A stretch of DNA of 64,000 bases. Origin: an uncultured Planctomycetia bacterium (GTDB lineage Bacteria; Omnitrophota; Gorgyraeia; Gorgyraeales; Gorgyraeaceae). Made by a program: the position numbers and the translations under genes. The stretch is taken from assembly GCA_964415355.1 (NCBI GenBank), contig CAYPYS010000002.1:74475-138474 (forward strand), written 5' to 3'. Shown here in pieces: positions 47,795 to 57,330 of the stretch. Each line of letters begins with the position of its first letter. Position 1 is the first letter of the stretch. The notes under the pieces were generated by a model, which was given only the letters and a program-made list of their open reading frames with translations, ran no database searches and had not been told where the DNA came from.

Positions 47795-48513
47795 TTTTCC
47801 TCCACGATAGAGCTTAATTCACATGTCCCTGTTTCCAGCAGCTTATTGCCATCCTCGCTATTTTTTTGTATATCTTCCCTGAAAGGCATATAGCCTAATA
47901 AATTTAAACCCGCATCTTTGATTATCTTCAGTTTCTCGCTTTCTAATGCGCCTCTGGATTTGTTGATCAATAAAGTTATGTCTTTTACTTTTAAGCCAGC
48001 CTTACCGGCAGTGTTAAACGTATTGATAGCTGACTGGATTCCAACCATTGTAGTGTCGCTGACCAAGAGAAGCGAGTCGATCGCGCCTGCCGTGCGCCTG
48101 CTTAAGTGCTCCATGCCCGCTTCATTATCTATCACGACAAACCTGTAATTCTTGCTAAGTTTCAAGAGATATTCTCTTAGGATATTGTTTACCGCGCAGT
48201 AGCAGCCAGGTCCCTCGGGTCTACCCATGACCAGAAGATCAACTCCGCTGCCCTCCACTATTATCTCTTCCAATTTAAGATTAAAAAAATCTGTCTTGGA
48301 AAGACTTGCCGAAGATAGATTTTTTGCCTTTTCGCGTATGTCAGAAATGGTCTCTTCGTATTCAAAGCCCAGCAGCGTGTTGAGATTTGAGTTTGGATCA
48401 GCGTCAATGGCCAAAACCGGCCCGTCTTTTTTCCTGAGGGCCTGGATCAGAAGCGCGCTGATCGTAGATTTTCCAACTCCGCCTTTTCCGGCAACCGCTA
48501 TTATATGCGCCAT
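47782..48513 (-). CDS. acsF: CooC/AcsF nickel-insertion ATPase
   Basis: GKGGVGKS, DADPN, GCYC, DNEAGMEHLSR. Confidence 0.88.
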   Translation of the reverse strand: MAHIIAVAGKGGVGKSTISALLIQALRKKDGPVLAIDADPNSNLNTLLGFEYEETISDIREKAKNLSSASLSKTDFFNLKLEEIIVEGSGVDLLVMGRPEGPGCYCAVNNILREYLLKLSKNYRFVVIDNEAGMEHLSRRTAGAIDSLLLVSDTTMVGIQSAINTFNTAGKAGLKVKDITLLINKSRGALESEKLKIIKDAGLNLLGYMPFREDIQKNSEDGNKLLETGTCELSSIVEEKWKR

Positions 48514-48525
48514 CTATCGCTTCGC

Positions 48526-48564
48526 CTAACTTTACACTTTAACGTTGTTGAAATGTAAAGTTAG
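48526..48564. repeat. Palindrome family A copy; supplies stop of acsV
   Basis: Consensus copy, reverse orientation. Confidence 0.95.
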
Positions 48565-50492
48565 AGGAGTTTTTTTACAGACGGGAATGCTTCTATGTCT
48601 GTGTGCGGTAAAAACAGGGCCGCACTGTAATTATTCATAAAATGTGGATTTGTGCTCAGATCGAGATATGTCATTTTATCCGCTATGAGGTTTGCCTTTT
48701 TCATCGCCTCGCTTGATAAGACACACATCTTTGCTCCTGTCACAGAGGTATTGCCCAAAAATTCGAATTTTTTCTCAGGCAGATCCGGCAGAAGCCCGAT
48801 ATTTATAGCTGACCTGATGTTTAAGGCCGCGCCCAGGCCGCCGGCGATGAATACATGCTTTAAATCCGATTTTTTGAAGCCGGATTCTTTTAACAACACC
48901 TCGATGCCGGTATAAATAGCGCCCTTAGAATGGATCACATTTTTAATATCATTCTCATCGATCGTTATATCTTTGCCCGTGGCCGATTTCTTTTTATCTA
49001 CGAGTACGATCTTTTTTATGCCGTCAGCATCTATTACTTTAAAAATTTTATTTTCTTTTATTTTCCCTGAACGGTCTATGACTTTATTTTCCATAAATAC
49101 GCTCAACGCGTCTATTATGCCTGAGCCGCATATGCCTTTCGGAGGCTTATTGCCTATAGTCCTTATGGCAAGCTTATTATTTTTTACAGAGACACCTTGT
49201 ATGGCCCCGGCCATCGCCCTTATACCTGAGCTCAGGCCTCCTCCTTCGAAGCATGGCCCTGCAGAAGTCGAACAGGTGACGTAGTAGTCTTTATTGCCCA
49301 AGACCACTTCACCATTTGTCCCCATATCTATGAAGAGAGAGATATCTTTTGAATTATCCATGCCTGAAGCCAGTACTCCTCCGACAATATCGCTTCCGAC
49401 ATAGCTCCCGACGCAAGGGAGGCAGGATAACAGCCCCCTCGGGTTTATTTTTATCCCGGCCTCTGCTGCTCTTATAACCGGCATAAAATTTACAGCAGGG
49501 ATATAGGGTTCTTTTCTTATGTATCCCGGGTCTATTTTTAGAAGAAGGTGCATCATCGTGGTGTTGCCGGCACACATGACTGCCGTAATATCGTCCAGGG
49601 TCAGGTCCTGTTCTTTCGAGAGACTGTATATAAGGACATTTATCGTATCTATGACGACATGATGAAGTTTCTCCAGCCCGCTTTCTTTCTCTGCGTATAC
49701 GATCCTCGATATGATGTCCTCTCCAAAGTCTACCTGCGGGTTGTAGCTCGCCCTGGCGCCAAGCACTTTTTGTGATTTTAGATTTACAAGATACGCGACA
49801 ATGGTGGTTGTCCCTATATCCAGCGCTATGCCGAAGTTTTTGGCAGACCTATTGCCCGGCTCTATCAAAACGATTTCCGTTGTATTGTTCCTGCTCCCAA
49901 GCGTTGCTGTGATCTGCCAATCGCTTTCTCTTAAAAGGTGGGGTAGTTTTTTTATATTGGCCAATCCCATCTGCATAACAGGGATATCCCCGTTCTTTCT
50001 TATCTCTCTGAAGAGCCTTTCCATGTCGCTGCAGTTATCGTCTATCGAAGGCGGCGAGAGATTCAGGAATAATTTTGTAGACAGAGGCCCGTGCTTGAAT
50101 ATCTTTGTTTCTGCCCCCAGGTGCTCTTCTTCTATTTTTTCCGCAGGGGTGTAGAGCCCTGCAAGCCTCTTTGCCTTTGCTTCTTCTGTCAAGACCTCTA
50201 TGTCTCCCAGTCTGGACTCCTCCGGCACGAGGACAGTCATGTCAGACTCAGGCGTGGTCCTGCAGGCCAAAACATAGCCTTTTTTGCGTTCTTTTTCAGA
50301 AATCCTTCCGCTGTGCTCGGTTATGAATTTGCCTTTTTTAATAATAACCTTGCATCTGCCGCAGACCCCTTCTCCCCCACAGCTATTATATATATGTATG
50401 CCAGATTTAATAGCAGCGGTCAGGAGGTCTGTGCCTTTATCTACAGAAACAGTCCTCTTTTCAGGCAAAAATGTTACGACAACGTTTTCCAT
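48561..50492 (-). CDS. acsV: Reductive activator of corrinoid protein (RACo, 2Fe-2S + ASKHA)
   Basis: CGGEGVCGRC, DIGTTT, DMGTNGE, GICGSG; start MENVVV after the promoter. Confidence 0.9.
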   Translation of the reverse strand: MENVVVTFLPEKRTVSVDKGTDLLTAAIKSGIHIYNSCGGEGVCGRCKVIIKKGKFITEHSGRISEKERKKGYVLACRTTPESDMTVLVPEESRLGDIEVLTEEAKAKRLAGLYTPAEKIEEEHLGAETKIFKHGPLSTKLFLNLSPPSIDDNCSDMERLFREIRKNGDIPVMQMGLANIKKLPHLLRESDWQITATLGSRNNTTEIVLIEPGNRSAKNFGIALDIGTTTIVAYLVNLKSQKVLGARASYNPQVDFGEDIISRIVYAEKESGLEKLHHVVIDTINVLIYSLSKEQDLTLDDITAVMCAGNTTMMHLLLKIDPGYIRKEPYIPAVNFMPVIRAAEAGIKINPRGLLSCLPCVGSYVGSDIVGGVLASGMDNSKDISLFIDMGTNGEVVLGNKDYYVTCSTSAGPCFEGGGLSSGIRAMAGAIQGVSVKNNKLAIRTIGNKPPKGICGSGIIDALSVFMENKVIDRSGKIKENKIFKVIDADGIKKIVLVDKKKSATGKDITIDENDIKNVIHSKGAIYTGIEVLLKESGFKKSDLKHVFIAGGLGAALNIRSAINIGLLPDLPEKKFEFLGNTSVTGAKMCVLSSEAMKKANLIADKMTYLDLSTNPHFMNNYSAALFLPHTDIEAFPSVKKLL

Positions 50493-50502
50493 AATAGACT
50501 TA

Positions 50503-50531
50503 ATTTTAACATGGCAGGCTATAAGGGTCAA
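50503..50531 (-). promoter_or_regulatory. sigma70 promoter of the acsV-acsF-acsD-acsE block
   Basis: TTGACC-N17-TAAAAT with TGn. Confidence 0.6.
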
Positions 50532-50533
50532 GC

Positions 50534-50545
50534 CTAACTTTACAC
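50534..50545. repeat. Palindrome family A half copy (one arm)
   Basis: CTAACTTTACAC, then diverges. Confidence 0.7.
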
Positions 50546-50553
50546 ACTAATAG

Positions 50554-50623
50554 TGTCATTCCCGCAAAAGCGGGAATCTATAAAATACTCAATCCATGGA
50601 TCCCCGTTTTCACGGGGATGACA
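50554..50623. repeat. Inverted doublet of REP-like family B (BIME/REPIN-like)
   Basis: TGTCATTCCCGCAAAAGCGGGAATCT-N18-GGATCCCCGTTTTCACGGGGATGACA. Confidence 0.9.
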
Positions 50624-50662
50624 TAGAGAAAAACCCTGTCGAGATGGGTCTCAACAGGGTTT
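50624..50662 (-). terminator. Probable intrinsic terminator
   Basis: AAACCCTG..GAGA/TCTC..CAGGGTTT hairpin with a U-run on the minus strand, after 50691..50993. Confidence 0.6.
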
Positions 50663-50690
50663 ATGGGCGATGGACAAATGCCTTGAAAAA

Positions 50691-50993
50691 CTATTTTTGG
50701 ATTACCTTAAGCTCAGTGCCGCATGTAGGACAATATTGAACACCAGAACCAAAGCTCTGGCCGCAATCAGGGCAGAATTTTGTCATCATCGCATCTCCTG
50801 CTAATGCGCCTCCTGCCGCGCCTACTGCGCCGCCTATAAGCGCGCCTTCAGCAGTGCGTCCTGACTGGTGCCCTATAATAGCGCCTGCGCCTGCCCCGAC
50901 AAGCGTGCCTATGCCGGCGCCTTTTTGTGTTCCTGTGCAACCAATGACGAATACCATCAACATTATGATGACTAACAAGCTATATTTTTTCAT
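50691..50993 (-). CDS. Glycine-zipper lipoprotein with C-terminal zinc ribbon
   Basis: VIGC lipobox, GAxxG zipper, CPDC...CPTCG. Confidence 0.85.
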   Translation of the reverse strand: MKKYSLLVIIMLMVFVIGCTGTQKGAGIGTLVGAGAGAIIGHQSGRTAEGALIGGAVGAAGGALAGDAMMTKFCPDCGQSFGSGVQYCPTCGTELKVIQK

Positions 50994-51042
50994 AGTAACA
51001 CCTCCTAGTTAAATTATAGCATTTTTTGCCTATAAAACAAGG

Positions 51043-51588
51043 CTATTTGATCAGCCTTACGCGGTTTGGCGGCCAATAAATCAAAAAGGCCTTCCCTATC
51101 AAGTATTTTTTTGGCAAGAATCCCCAATATCGACTATCTCGGCTAGAGATGCTGTTGTCTCCTAAAACATAATAGGCATCTTCAGGGACTTCTATTGTTT
51201 GATCATCCGCGCCAAAATCCCCTCTGTTGTAATAATAACGCTCTCTTATGACTGAGTCTTTATCGACAGCCTTATCGTTTATTAAGATAGCGCCATTACG
51301 GATATTCACCGTGTCTCCCGGCATACCTACCAGCCTTTTGATAAAATCCTTTTTCTCGTCCTCGGGGGACTTGAATACGATTACGTCTCCCTGCCGGGGT
51401 TCCTTGAACTTGTAAATAAATTTGCTTACGAGGATCCTGTCTCCCTCAATTAGTGTCGGTCGCATCGAACCAGTCGGTATCTTAAAGGCCTGGACGACAA
51501 AGGTCCTTATGATAAGCGCGAGCACGATCGCTACTATTATAGGTTCGACCCATTCTTTCAAAAAGTATCTCAATTTGCTATTCATCAT
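51043..51588 (-). CDS. lepB: Signal peptidase I
   Basis: IPTGSMRPTL, FIKRLVG, GDNS..S.DSRYWG. Confidence 0.95.
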   Translation of the reverse strand: MMNSKLRYFLKEWVEPIIVAIVLALIIRTFVVQAFKIPTGSMRPTLIEGDRILVSKFIYKFKEPRQGDVIVFKSPEDEKKDFIKRLVGMPGDTVNIRNGAILINDKAVDKDSVIRERYYYNRGDFGADDQTIEVPEDAYYVLGDNSISSRDSRYWGFLPKKYLIGKAFLIYWPPNRVRLIK

Positions 51589-51594
51589 ATTTTC

Positions 51595-51633
51595 TTAACT
51601 TTACATTTCAACAACGTTGAAGTGTAAAGTTAG
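51595..51633. repeat. Palindrome family A copy; supplies stop of lepA
   Basis: TTAACTTTACATTTCAACAACGTTGAAGTGTAAAGTTAG. Confidence 0.95.
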
Positions 51634-53423
51634 ATTTTTAAGGCGGCGAGAAATGCCTCTTGCGGGATCTGGATCTTCCCAAATTGCTTGAGTCGTTTTT
51701 TGCCAGCCTTCTGTTTTTCCCAGAGTTTACGTTTTCTAGTAATGTCTCCGCCGTAACATTTACTTGTTACGTTTTTAGATAAAGGCGAGACTCTTGACCT
51801 CGCCAGGATCTTTGAGCCGATAGCGGCCTGTATTATTACCTCATAAAGCTGCCTGGGTATTAATTCTTTTAGTTTTTCTGCCAGCGCCCTGCCTTTAAAG
51901 TCTGCCTTTTCCCTGTGCACGATAGAAGAAAGCGCTTCGCATGGCTGTCCATTTATCAATATGTCTAATTTTACCAGGTCACCGGGGATGTATTCTGTTA
52001 TCTCATAGTCAATGGAGCCATAGCCCCTGGTCATTGATTTTATCTTATCATAAAAATCAACTATAATCTCGGATAGTGGCATTTCAAAGATTAGCTTTAT
52101 TTTATCCTTGGACACGTATTCAGTTGATTTATATTCGCCTCTTTTTGTCTTACAAAAATCTATTGTCGCGCTCAGGCTGTCCTGAGGCACCATTATAAAC
52201 ACTGTAGAGAATGGCTCTGATATCTCGAGTATATTTTGAGGGTCAGGAAGTTTGCTCGGGTTATCGACTTCGATCTCTTTTCCTTTTTTATCTTTTACCT
52301 TGTGCACTACGCTTGGCGTTGTAAGGACAAGATCCAGGTCGTATTCTCTTTCGAGCCTTTCCTGTACTATCTCCATATGAAGAAGTCCGAGAAATCCGCA
52401 TCTGTAACCAAATCCGAGCGACTGTGAAGTTTCGACCTCGAACTCAAAGGATGCATCGCTTAATTTTAATTTCGCGACAGAGCTTTTTAATGCCTCGAAG
52501 TCTTTTGCATTCACAGGATATATGCCGCAGAAGACCATGGATTTCATGGGCCTGTAGCCGGGGAGGGCTTTGTCAGCCGGTCTCTTTGTCTCTGTGACAG
52601 TGTCTCCGTTAGTCACGTCCTTGGCTTCTTTTATCTGACAGGCTATGTAGCCTACTTCGCCTGCGCAAAGTGATTCTATTTTCTTCATCTTAGGGGTGAA
52701 GATGCCGACTTCCTGCACTTCATATTTTTTGCCCGACGACATCATGGTAACATGCACTCCCTTTTTTATCATGCCATTCACGACCCTTATGTAGACGATA
52801 ACACCCTTGTAAGTATTATATAGAGAATCGAATATAAGGGCCTGTAGAGGTTTTTTGTGATCCCCTTTTGGGCTAGGGACATCAGTTATTATTCTTTCTA
52901 GTATACCTTCTGTCCCTGTTCCTTCTTTGGCGCTGGCCATTATAATGCTATTTTTATCTATTTTTAATATATTCTCTATTTCCTCTTTTACTTTTTCAGG
53001 GTCAGCGTTCTGTAGATCTATTTTATTTATTACGGGGATTATGGTGAGTTTTTTTTCCAGGGCCTGTTGTAGATTCGCTACTGTCTGTGCCTCTACGCCT
53101 TGTGCGGCATCGACCAGGAGAATAGCGCCTTCGCAGGCCGATAGAGATTTTGATACTTCATAGCTGAAATCCACATGACCGGGCGTGTCTATGAGATTTA
53201 ATTCGTAGATCTGGCCGTTTTTGGCCTTATAAGCCATTCTTACTGCGCTTGCTTTGATAGTGATGCCGCGTTCTCGCTCGAGGTCCATGTCGTCCAGAAG
53301 CTGTTCTCTGAACTGCCGCTTGTCGACCGTGTGGGTAAACTGTAGCAATCTGTCGGCTAGCGTAGATTTTCCGTGATCGATGTGAGCGATGATACAAAAA
53401 TTTCTTGTCTTCGATATGTCCAT
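51630..53423 (-). CDS. lepA: Elongation factor 4
   Basis: AHIDHGKSTLAD, GFLGLLHMEI, KCYGGDITRK. Confidence 0.97.
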   Translation of the reverse strand: MDISKTRNFCIIAHIDHGKSTLADRLLQFTHTVDKRQFREQLLDDMDLERERGITIKASAVRMAYKAKNGQIYELNLIDTPGHVDFSYEVSKSLSACEGAILLVDAAQGVEAQTVANLQQALEKKLTIIPVINKIDLQNADPEKVKEEIENILKIDKNSIIMASAKEGTGTEGILERIITDVPSPKGDHKKPLQALIFDSLYNTYKGVIVYIRVVNGMIKKGVHVTMMSSGKKYEVQEVGIFTPKMKKIESLCAGEVGYIACQIKEAKDVTNGDTVTETKRPADKALPGYRPMKSMVFCGIYPVNAKDFEALKSSVAKLKLSDASFEFEVETSQSLGFGYRCGFLGLLHMEIVQERLEREYDLDLVLTTPSVVHKVKDKKGKEIEVDNPSKLPDPQNILEISEPFSTVFIMVPQDSLSATIDFCKTKRGEYKSTEYVSKDKIKLIFEMPLSEIIVDFYDKIKSMTRGYGSIDYEITEYIPGDLVKLDILINGQPCEALSSIVHREKADFKGRALAEKLKELIPRQLYEVIIQAAIGSKILARSRVSPLSKNVTSKCYGGDITRKRKLWEKQKAGKKRLKQFGKIQIPQEAFLAALKI

Positions 53424-53431
53424 ATTCCGCG

Positions 53432-53470
53432 CTAACTTTACATTTTAACGTTGTTGAAATGTAAAGTTAG
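53432..53470. repeat. Palindrome family A copy; supplies stop of the PGM/PMM gene
   Basis: CTAACTTTACATTTTAACGTTGTTGAAATGTAAAGTTAG. Confidence 0.95.
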
Positions 53471-54873
53471 ATGTTTTGGGCGATTTTCTTTCCGAAGTCG
53501 AGATAGTCTTTGGCTAGTTTATCGCTAGATGCCTCTGCGTAAATTCTTAATATCGGTTCTGTGCCCGAAAGCCTCAAGATAAGCCAGCTGTCGTCCTCTA
53601 AAATAAACTTATACCCATCATACGACTTTAATTCTTTTATAGGTTTTTCAAGGATCTTTTTCGGAGCGTTGTTTTTCAGAAATTCCATGAGTTTTTTCTT
53701 TTTGGCGTCGGGATACTCCATGTCTATTCTCGCGTAACAGAATCTGCCGTATTCTTTTTCAATATCTTTTAGTATATCCAAAATGCCTTTTTTTCTATGG
53801 GCCATCATCTCGATAAGGAGTATTCCCAGGAGCATGCCGTCTCTCTCAGGCATATAGTTTTTTACGCCTATGCCGCCTGATTCCTCGCCGCCTATAAGCA
53901 CGTCCTCGTCCAGCATGAGCCTGCATATGTATTTAAAGCCCACGGGCGTCTCGTGCAGCTTGAGCTTGTATTTTTTGACAATTCTTTCTATAAGCGTTGT
54001 ATTCGATACAGTCTTGACTACGGAACCCGTCCATTTCTTGTCTTCAATAAAATGGAGCAGGAGCAAAGACATTACTTGTCCGGCGCCCAGGAATTTTCCC
54101 CCTGGCACGACTGCCCCGATCCTGTCCGCGTCCCCGTCATTTACTATCGCGATGTCAAATTTTTCGTTTTTCATCCTCTCGAACACTGCTTCGAGGTTTT
54201 TAGGTATAGGTTCCGGGTTTATCCCCCCGAAGAGAGGGTCTCGGCCTGCCCTCATCTGCGCAATCTGGATCTTAGTGTCCTTTAGTATTTCTTTTATGTA
54301 TCCGTCGCCTACGCCATACATGCAGTCTACGAGGACATTTAGCTTCGCGTTTTTCAGAAGATCCATGTCTATGTATGACGTTATGAATTTCATATAGCTT
54401 GATTTGAAATCTGTCATCTTGACGGCACCTGAAGAAACAGCTGCAGCTATAGGGAGACTTTTTATCTGATTCTTGCCAAGTAACGACTCGACTGATTTTG
54501 TGATCCCTTTATCAGCAGATCCTGCGTAAGAAGCCTTTATTTTAATACCATTATATGAGGGAGGGTTATGGCTGGCAGTTATCATTATCCCGCCCTGTAG
54601 CTTTTTGTTCTTTATCTCTAAGCTTACAAGGGGCGTTGGCACTGCTTTATCCGAAAGCAATACCTTTATGCTGTTTGCCGCCAGGACCTCGGCGACTATC
54701 TCAGCGTATTTCTCGGATAAAAACCTCCAATCATAACCAATGGCAAGCGTGGATCCCTTCTTCTCTTTATTAAAATGGTCCGCGATCGCCTGCGAAACCA
54801 TGCGCACGTTTTCAAATGTAAAATCATCTGATATTATCGCCCTCCAACCGTCGGTGCCAAACTTTATGCTCAT
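53467..54873 (-). CDS. Phosphoglucomutase/phosphomannomutase family protein
   Basis: FGTDGWR, TASHNP, DGDADR, GEESGG, RLSGTEP. Confidence 0.92.
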   Translation of the reverse strand: MSIKFGTDGWRAIISDDFTFENVRMVSQAIADHFNKEKKGSTLAIGYDWRFLSEKYAEIVAEVLAANSIKVLLSDKAVPTPLVSLEIKNKKLQGGIMITASHNPPSYNGIKIKASYAGSADKGITKSVESLLGKNQIKSLPIAAAVSSGAVKMTDFKSSYMKFITSYIDMDLLKNAKLNVLVDCMYGVGDGYIKEILKDTKIQIAQMRAGRDPLFGGINPEPIPKNLEAVFERMKNEKFDIAIVNDGDADRIGAVVPGGKFLGAGQVMSLLLLHFIEDKKWTGSVVKTVSNTTLIERIVKKYKLKLHETPVGFKYICRLMLDEDVLIGGEESGGIGVKNYMPERDGMLLGILLIEMMAHRKKGILDILKDIEKEYGRFCYARIDMEYPDAKKKKLMEFLKNNAPKKILEKPIKELKSYDGYKFILEDDSWLILRLSGTEPILRIYAEASSDKLAKDYLDFGKKIAQNI

Positions 54874-54893
54874 TTCTCTATCGCCCTTTCTTC

Positions 54894-54932
54894 TTAAGTT
54901 TACATTTCAACAACGTTAAAGTGTAAACTTAA
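54894..54932. repeat. Palindrome family A, AGTTTACA/TGTAAACT variant; supplies stop of rpe
   Basis: TTAAGTTTACATTTCAACAACGTTAAAGTGTAAACTTAA. Confidence 0.95.
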
Positions 54933-55612
54933 CGGAGTTTTTTTACAGCGTCTTTTGGGTCACTTGCTCCAAAAAAGTAAGAACCTGCTACGATTATGTT
55001 CGCGCCTGCATCTATGACTGTTTTTACGTTTTTATCGTTTATTCCGCCGTCTATTTCGATATCGCCTGAATAAACTTTTCTAGCTTCTTTTATTTTTGGC
55101 ACAACGCTTTCAATAAACTTCTGGCCGCCAAATCCCGGGTGAACCGACATAATCAGTATCATGCTGACTTCATTCAGTATATTTTTTATGCAAAACGGCG
55201 AATCAGGGTTCAGTGATATTCCTGCCTTCTTTCCCAGGGTCTTTATTTGCTCAAGGACTTTCTTTATTTTGCTCTCATCGACTTCTTTTACTGTTCTTGA
55301 GGCGCCTTTTTTCGTATCTAGTCCGTATGCTTCGGCGTGTATGGTTATGATATCGCTTCCAGCGTCGGAAAACTCTTTTACGAATTTATGTGGCTCCTCG
55401 ATCATCAAGTGTACATCCAGCGGAAGCCGGGTGACCTTTCGTACGGCAGCAACTACAACAGGGCCTATAGTGATGTTTGGGACGAAATGGCCATCCATTA
55501 CGTCGACATGCACCATGTCTGCTCCGGCGTCTTCTATCTTTTTGACTTCTTCTCCGAGTCTCGAGAAATCAGCCGAAAGTATGCTAGGGGCTACAAGTAT
55601 ATCTTTTTTCAT
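54929..55612 (-). CDS. rpe: Ribulose-phosphate 3-epimerase
   Basis: HVDVMDGHFVPN, DVHLM, MSVHPGFGGQ, DGGIN. Confidence 0.95.
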   Translation of the reverse strand: MKKDILVAPSILSADFSRLGEEVKKIEDAGADMVHVDVMDGHFVPNITIGPVVVAAVRKVTRLPLDVHLMIEEPHKFVKEFSDAGSDIITIHAEAYGLDTKKGASRTVKEVDESKIKKVLEQIKTLGKKAGISLNPDSPFCIKNILNEVSMILIMSVHPGFGGQKFIESVVPKIKEARKVYSGDIEIDGGINDKNVKTVIDAGANIIVAGSYFFGASDPKDAVKKLR

Positions 55613-55625
55613 TGAGCTCTCCTAT

Positions 55626-55651
55626 GGATTCCCGCGTTCGCGGGAATGACA
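55626..55651. repeat. REP-like family B copy, abutting a TGA stop
   Basis: GGATTCCCGCGTTCGCGGGAATGACA. Confidence 0.9.
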
Positions 55652-56923
55652 TCAAATTAGAATCAGTTCTTTCTGGATCTCTTTTGTTTCTTCTTCTTTT
55701 AAAGGCCCGATAAACGCAAGGTTAAGATTTTTATTGGTAAATATATCGCCTGCAACGCGTTGCAAATCATCGCTGGATACAGAGCTTATTTTTTTAATAA
55801 TCTCATCTTTATCCGGCAGTTTGCCTTCCAGGACCGTGCGTTCGCCTAACCACGCCATGTAATTCGAAGTATCCTCCAAAGAAAGCAAAAACTGGACGTT
55901 AAAAAATTCCTTCGCCCTTTTTAATTCTTTTGCAGGCACCAGTTCTCTTCTTATTTTTTCAAATTCTTTGAGGATCAGCCTGATCGTCTCCTTAGCTTTT
56001 TTATGCTCGGTTCCGACGTTTACTATGAATGCGCCCGTGTCTTTGTATCTTTTTATCTCTGTCCCGATCTCGTAGGCCAGCCCTCTTTTTTCCCGTATGT
56101 TTTCAAATAATCTCGAAGACATGTTTGCGCCTAAAATAATATGAAGGAGGCTTAATATGTATCTGTCCTTATGCGTTCTCTCAAAAGCGCGAAGCCCCAT
56201 GCACATCCGTGTCTGCTTGGTATCTCTGTATAAAGGTTTTATCTGCGGTTTGTCCTGAATATTTTCGGCTTTTACAAAAGACATGTTTTTATTTTCTGGA
56301 GCATATTTGAAAATATTTTTTATTTTTTTGCCTATGTCCTCATGTCCAAGGTTCCCGCATAGGACCACTGTCATATTTTTTTGAACATAATTTGTTTTTT
56401 TATGGCTTACGATGTCTTGCTTGGACATAGAGCTTATGGACTTAATGTCTCCCGCGATAGGATATCCCAGAGGTTGATCCGGCCACATTAATTCATTTAT
56501 TAAATCGTGTACATAGTGATTCGGAAGGTCATGATACATCTTTATTTCTTCTATTATAACAGTGCGTTCTGTCTCTACGTCTTTCTGGGCTAGTGTGGCG
56601 TGCAGGACCATATCGCATAGAACGTCTATGGCTACCCCTATGTGCTTTCCGCTTACCTTAGACAGATAACAGGTGACTTCTTCAGAGGTAAAGCCATTCA
56701 GAGAGCCACCCCGGCCTTCTATCTCCTCTTTTATTTTGCGGGTATTCCTGGCAGGGGTTCCCTTGAAAATCAAGTGCTCTAAAAAATGGGATATGCCGGA
56801 TACGCGTTTCGCCTCATTTCTAGAGCCAGTATCTATCCAGACGCCTACCGTAGCAGATTCCATGTGGGGCATGTGATTTAGAATTATGCGAAGTCCGTTA
56901 TTGAGATTTATGATCTTATGCAT
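55652..56923 (-). CDS. M16B zinc peptidase
   Basis: HFLEHLIFKGT, SSRLF..IREKRGLAY. Confidence 0.92.
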   Translation of the reverse strand: MHKIINLNNGLRIILNHMPHMESATVGVWIDTGSRNEAKRVSGISHFLEHLIFKGTPARNTRKIKEEIEGRGGSLNGFTSEEVTCYLSKVSGKHIGVAIDVLCDMVLHATLAQKDVETERTVIIEEIKMYHDLPNHYVHDLINELMWPDQPLGYPIAGDIKSISSMSKQDIVSHKKTNYVQKNMTVVLCGNLGHEDIGKKIKNIFKYAPENKNMSFVKAENIQDKPQIKPLYRDTKQTRMCMGLRAFERTHKDRYILSLLHIILGANMSSRLFENIREKRGLAYEIGTEIKRYKDTGAFIVNVGTEHKKAKETIRLILKEFEKIRRELVPAKELKRAKEFFNVQFLLSLEDTSNYMAWLGERTVLEGKLPDKDEIIKKISSVSSDDLQRVAGDIFTNKNLNLAFIGPLKEEETKEIQKELILI

Positions 56924-57329
56924 GCGAGTCCATATACGTTTGTAAGATTAATTGAGCCGCGATCTTATCGATCGATTTCTTGCGTTTTTTCCTCGAGAGG
57001 TCAGCTTCCAGGAGCACGCGTTCCCCTTGCCGAGACGTAAGTCTTTCGTCCACGGTCACCACTTCAATTGCCGCTTTTTTTCTTAACAGCGCGGCGAATT
57101 CTTCAGCTGATTTCGCAGCAGGGCCTTTGGTCCCATTTATATTATAAGGCATCCCGATAATAATTTTTACAACGTCATATTGTTCTGTCAAAGATTTTAT
57201 TTTGCCTAAAACGGATTCGGTGCTCTTTTTTTCTATTGTTTCAAGGCCTTGAGCAGTTATATTCAATGGGTCGCTGATCGCAACGCCAATACGCTTTTCT
57301 CCTATATCAAAAGCGAGTATTCTCGGCAT
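56916..57329 (-). CDS. ruvX: YqgF/RuvX nuclease
   Basis: DIGEKRIGVAISD, DERLTS, ID.IAA..ILQ. Confidence 0.92.
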   Translation of the reverse strand: MPRILAFDIGEKRIGVAISDPLNITAQGLETIEKKSTESVLGKIKSLTEQYDVVKIIIGMPYNINGTKGPAAKSAEEFAALLRKKAAIEVVTVDERLTSRQGERVLLEADLSRKKRKKSIDKIAAQLILQTYMDSHA

Positions 57330-57330
57330 A

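Noticed and set aside
55270-55330. Short insertion in Rpe (YGLDTKKGASRTVKEVDES) as repeat-derived
   Set aside because: The DNA does not match families A, B or C. It is probably an ordinary surface-loop extension.
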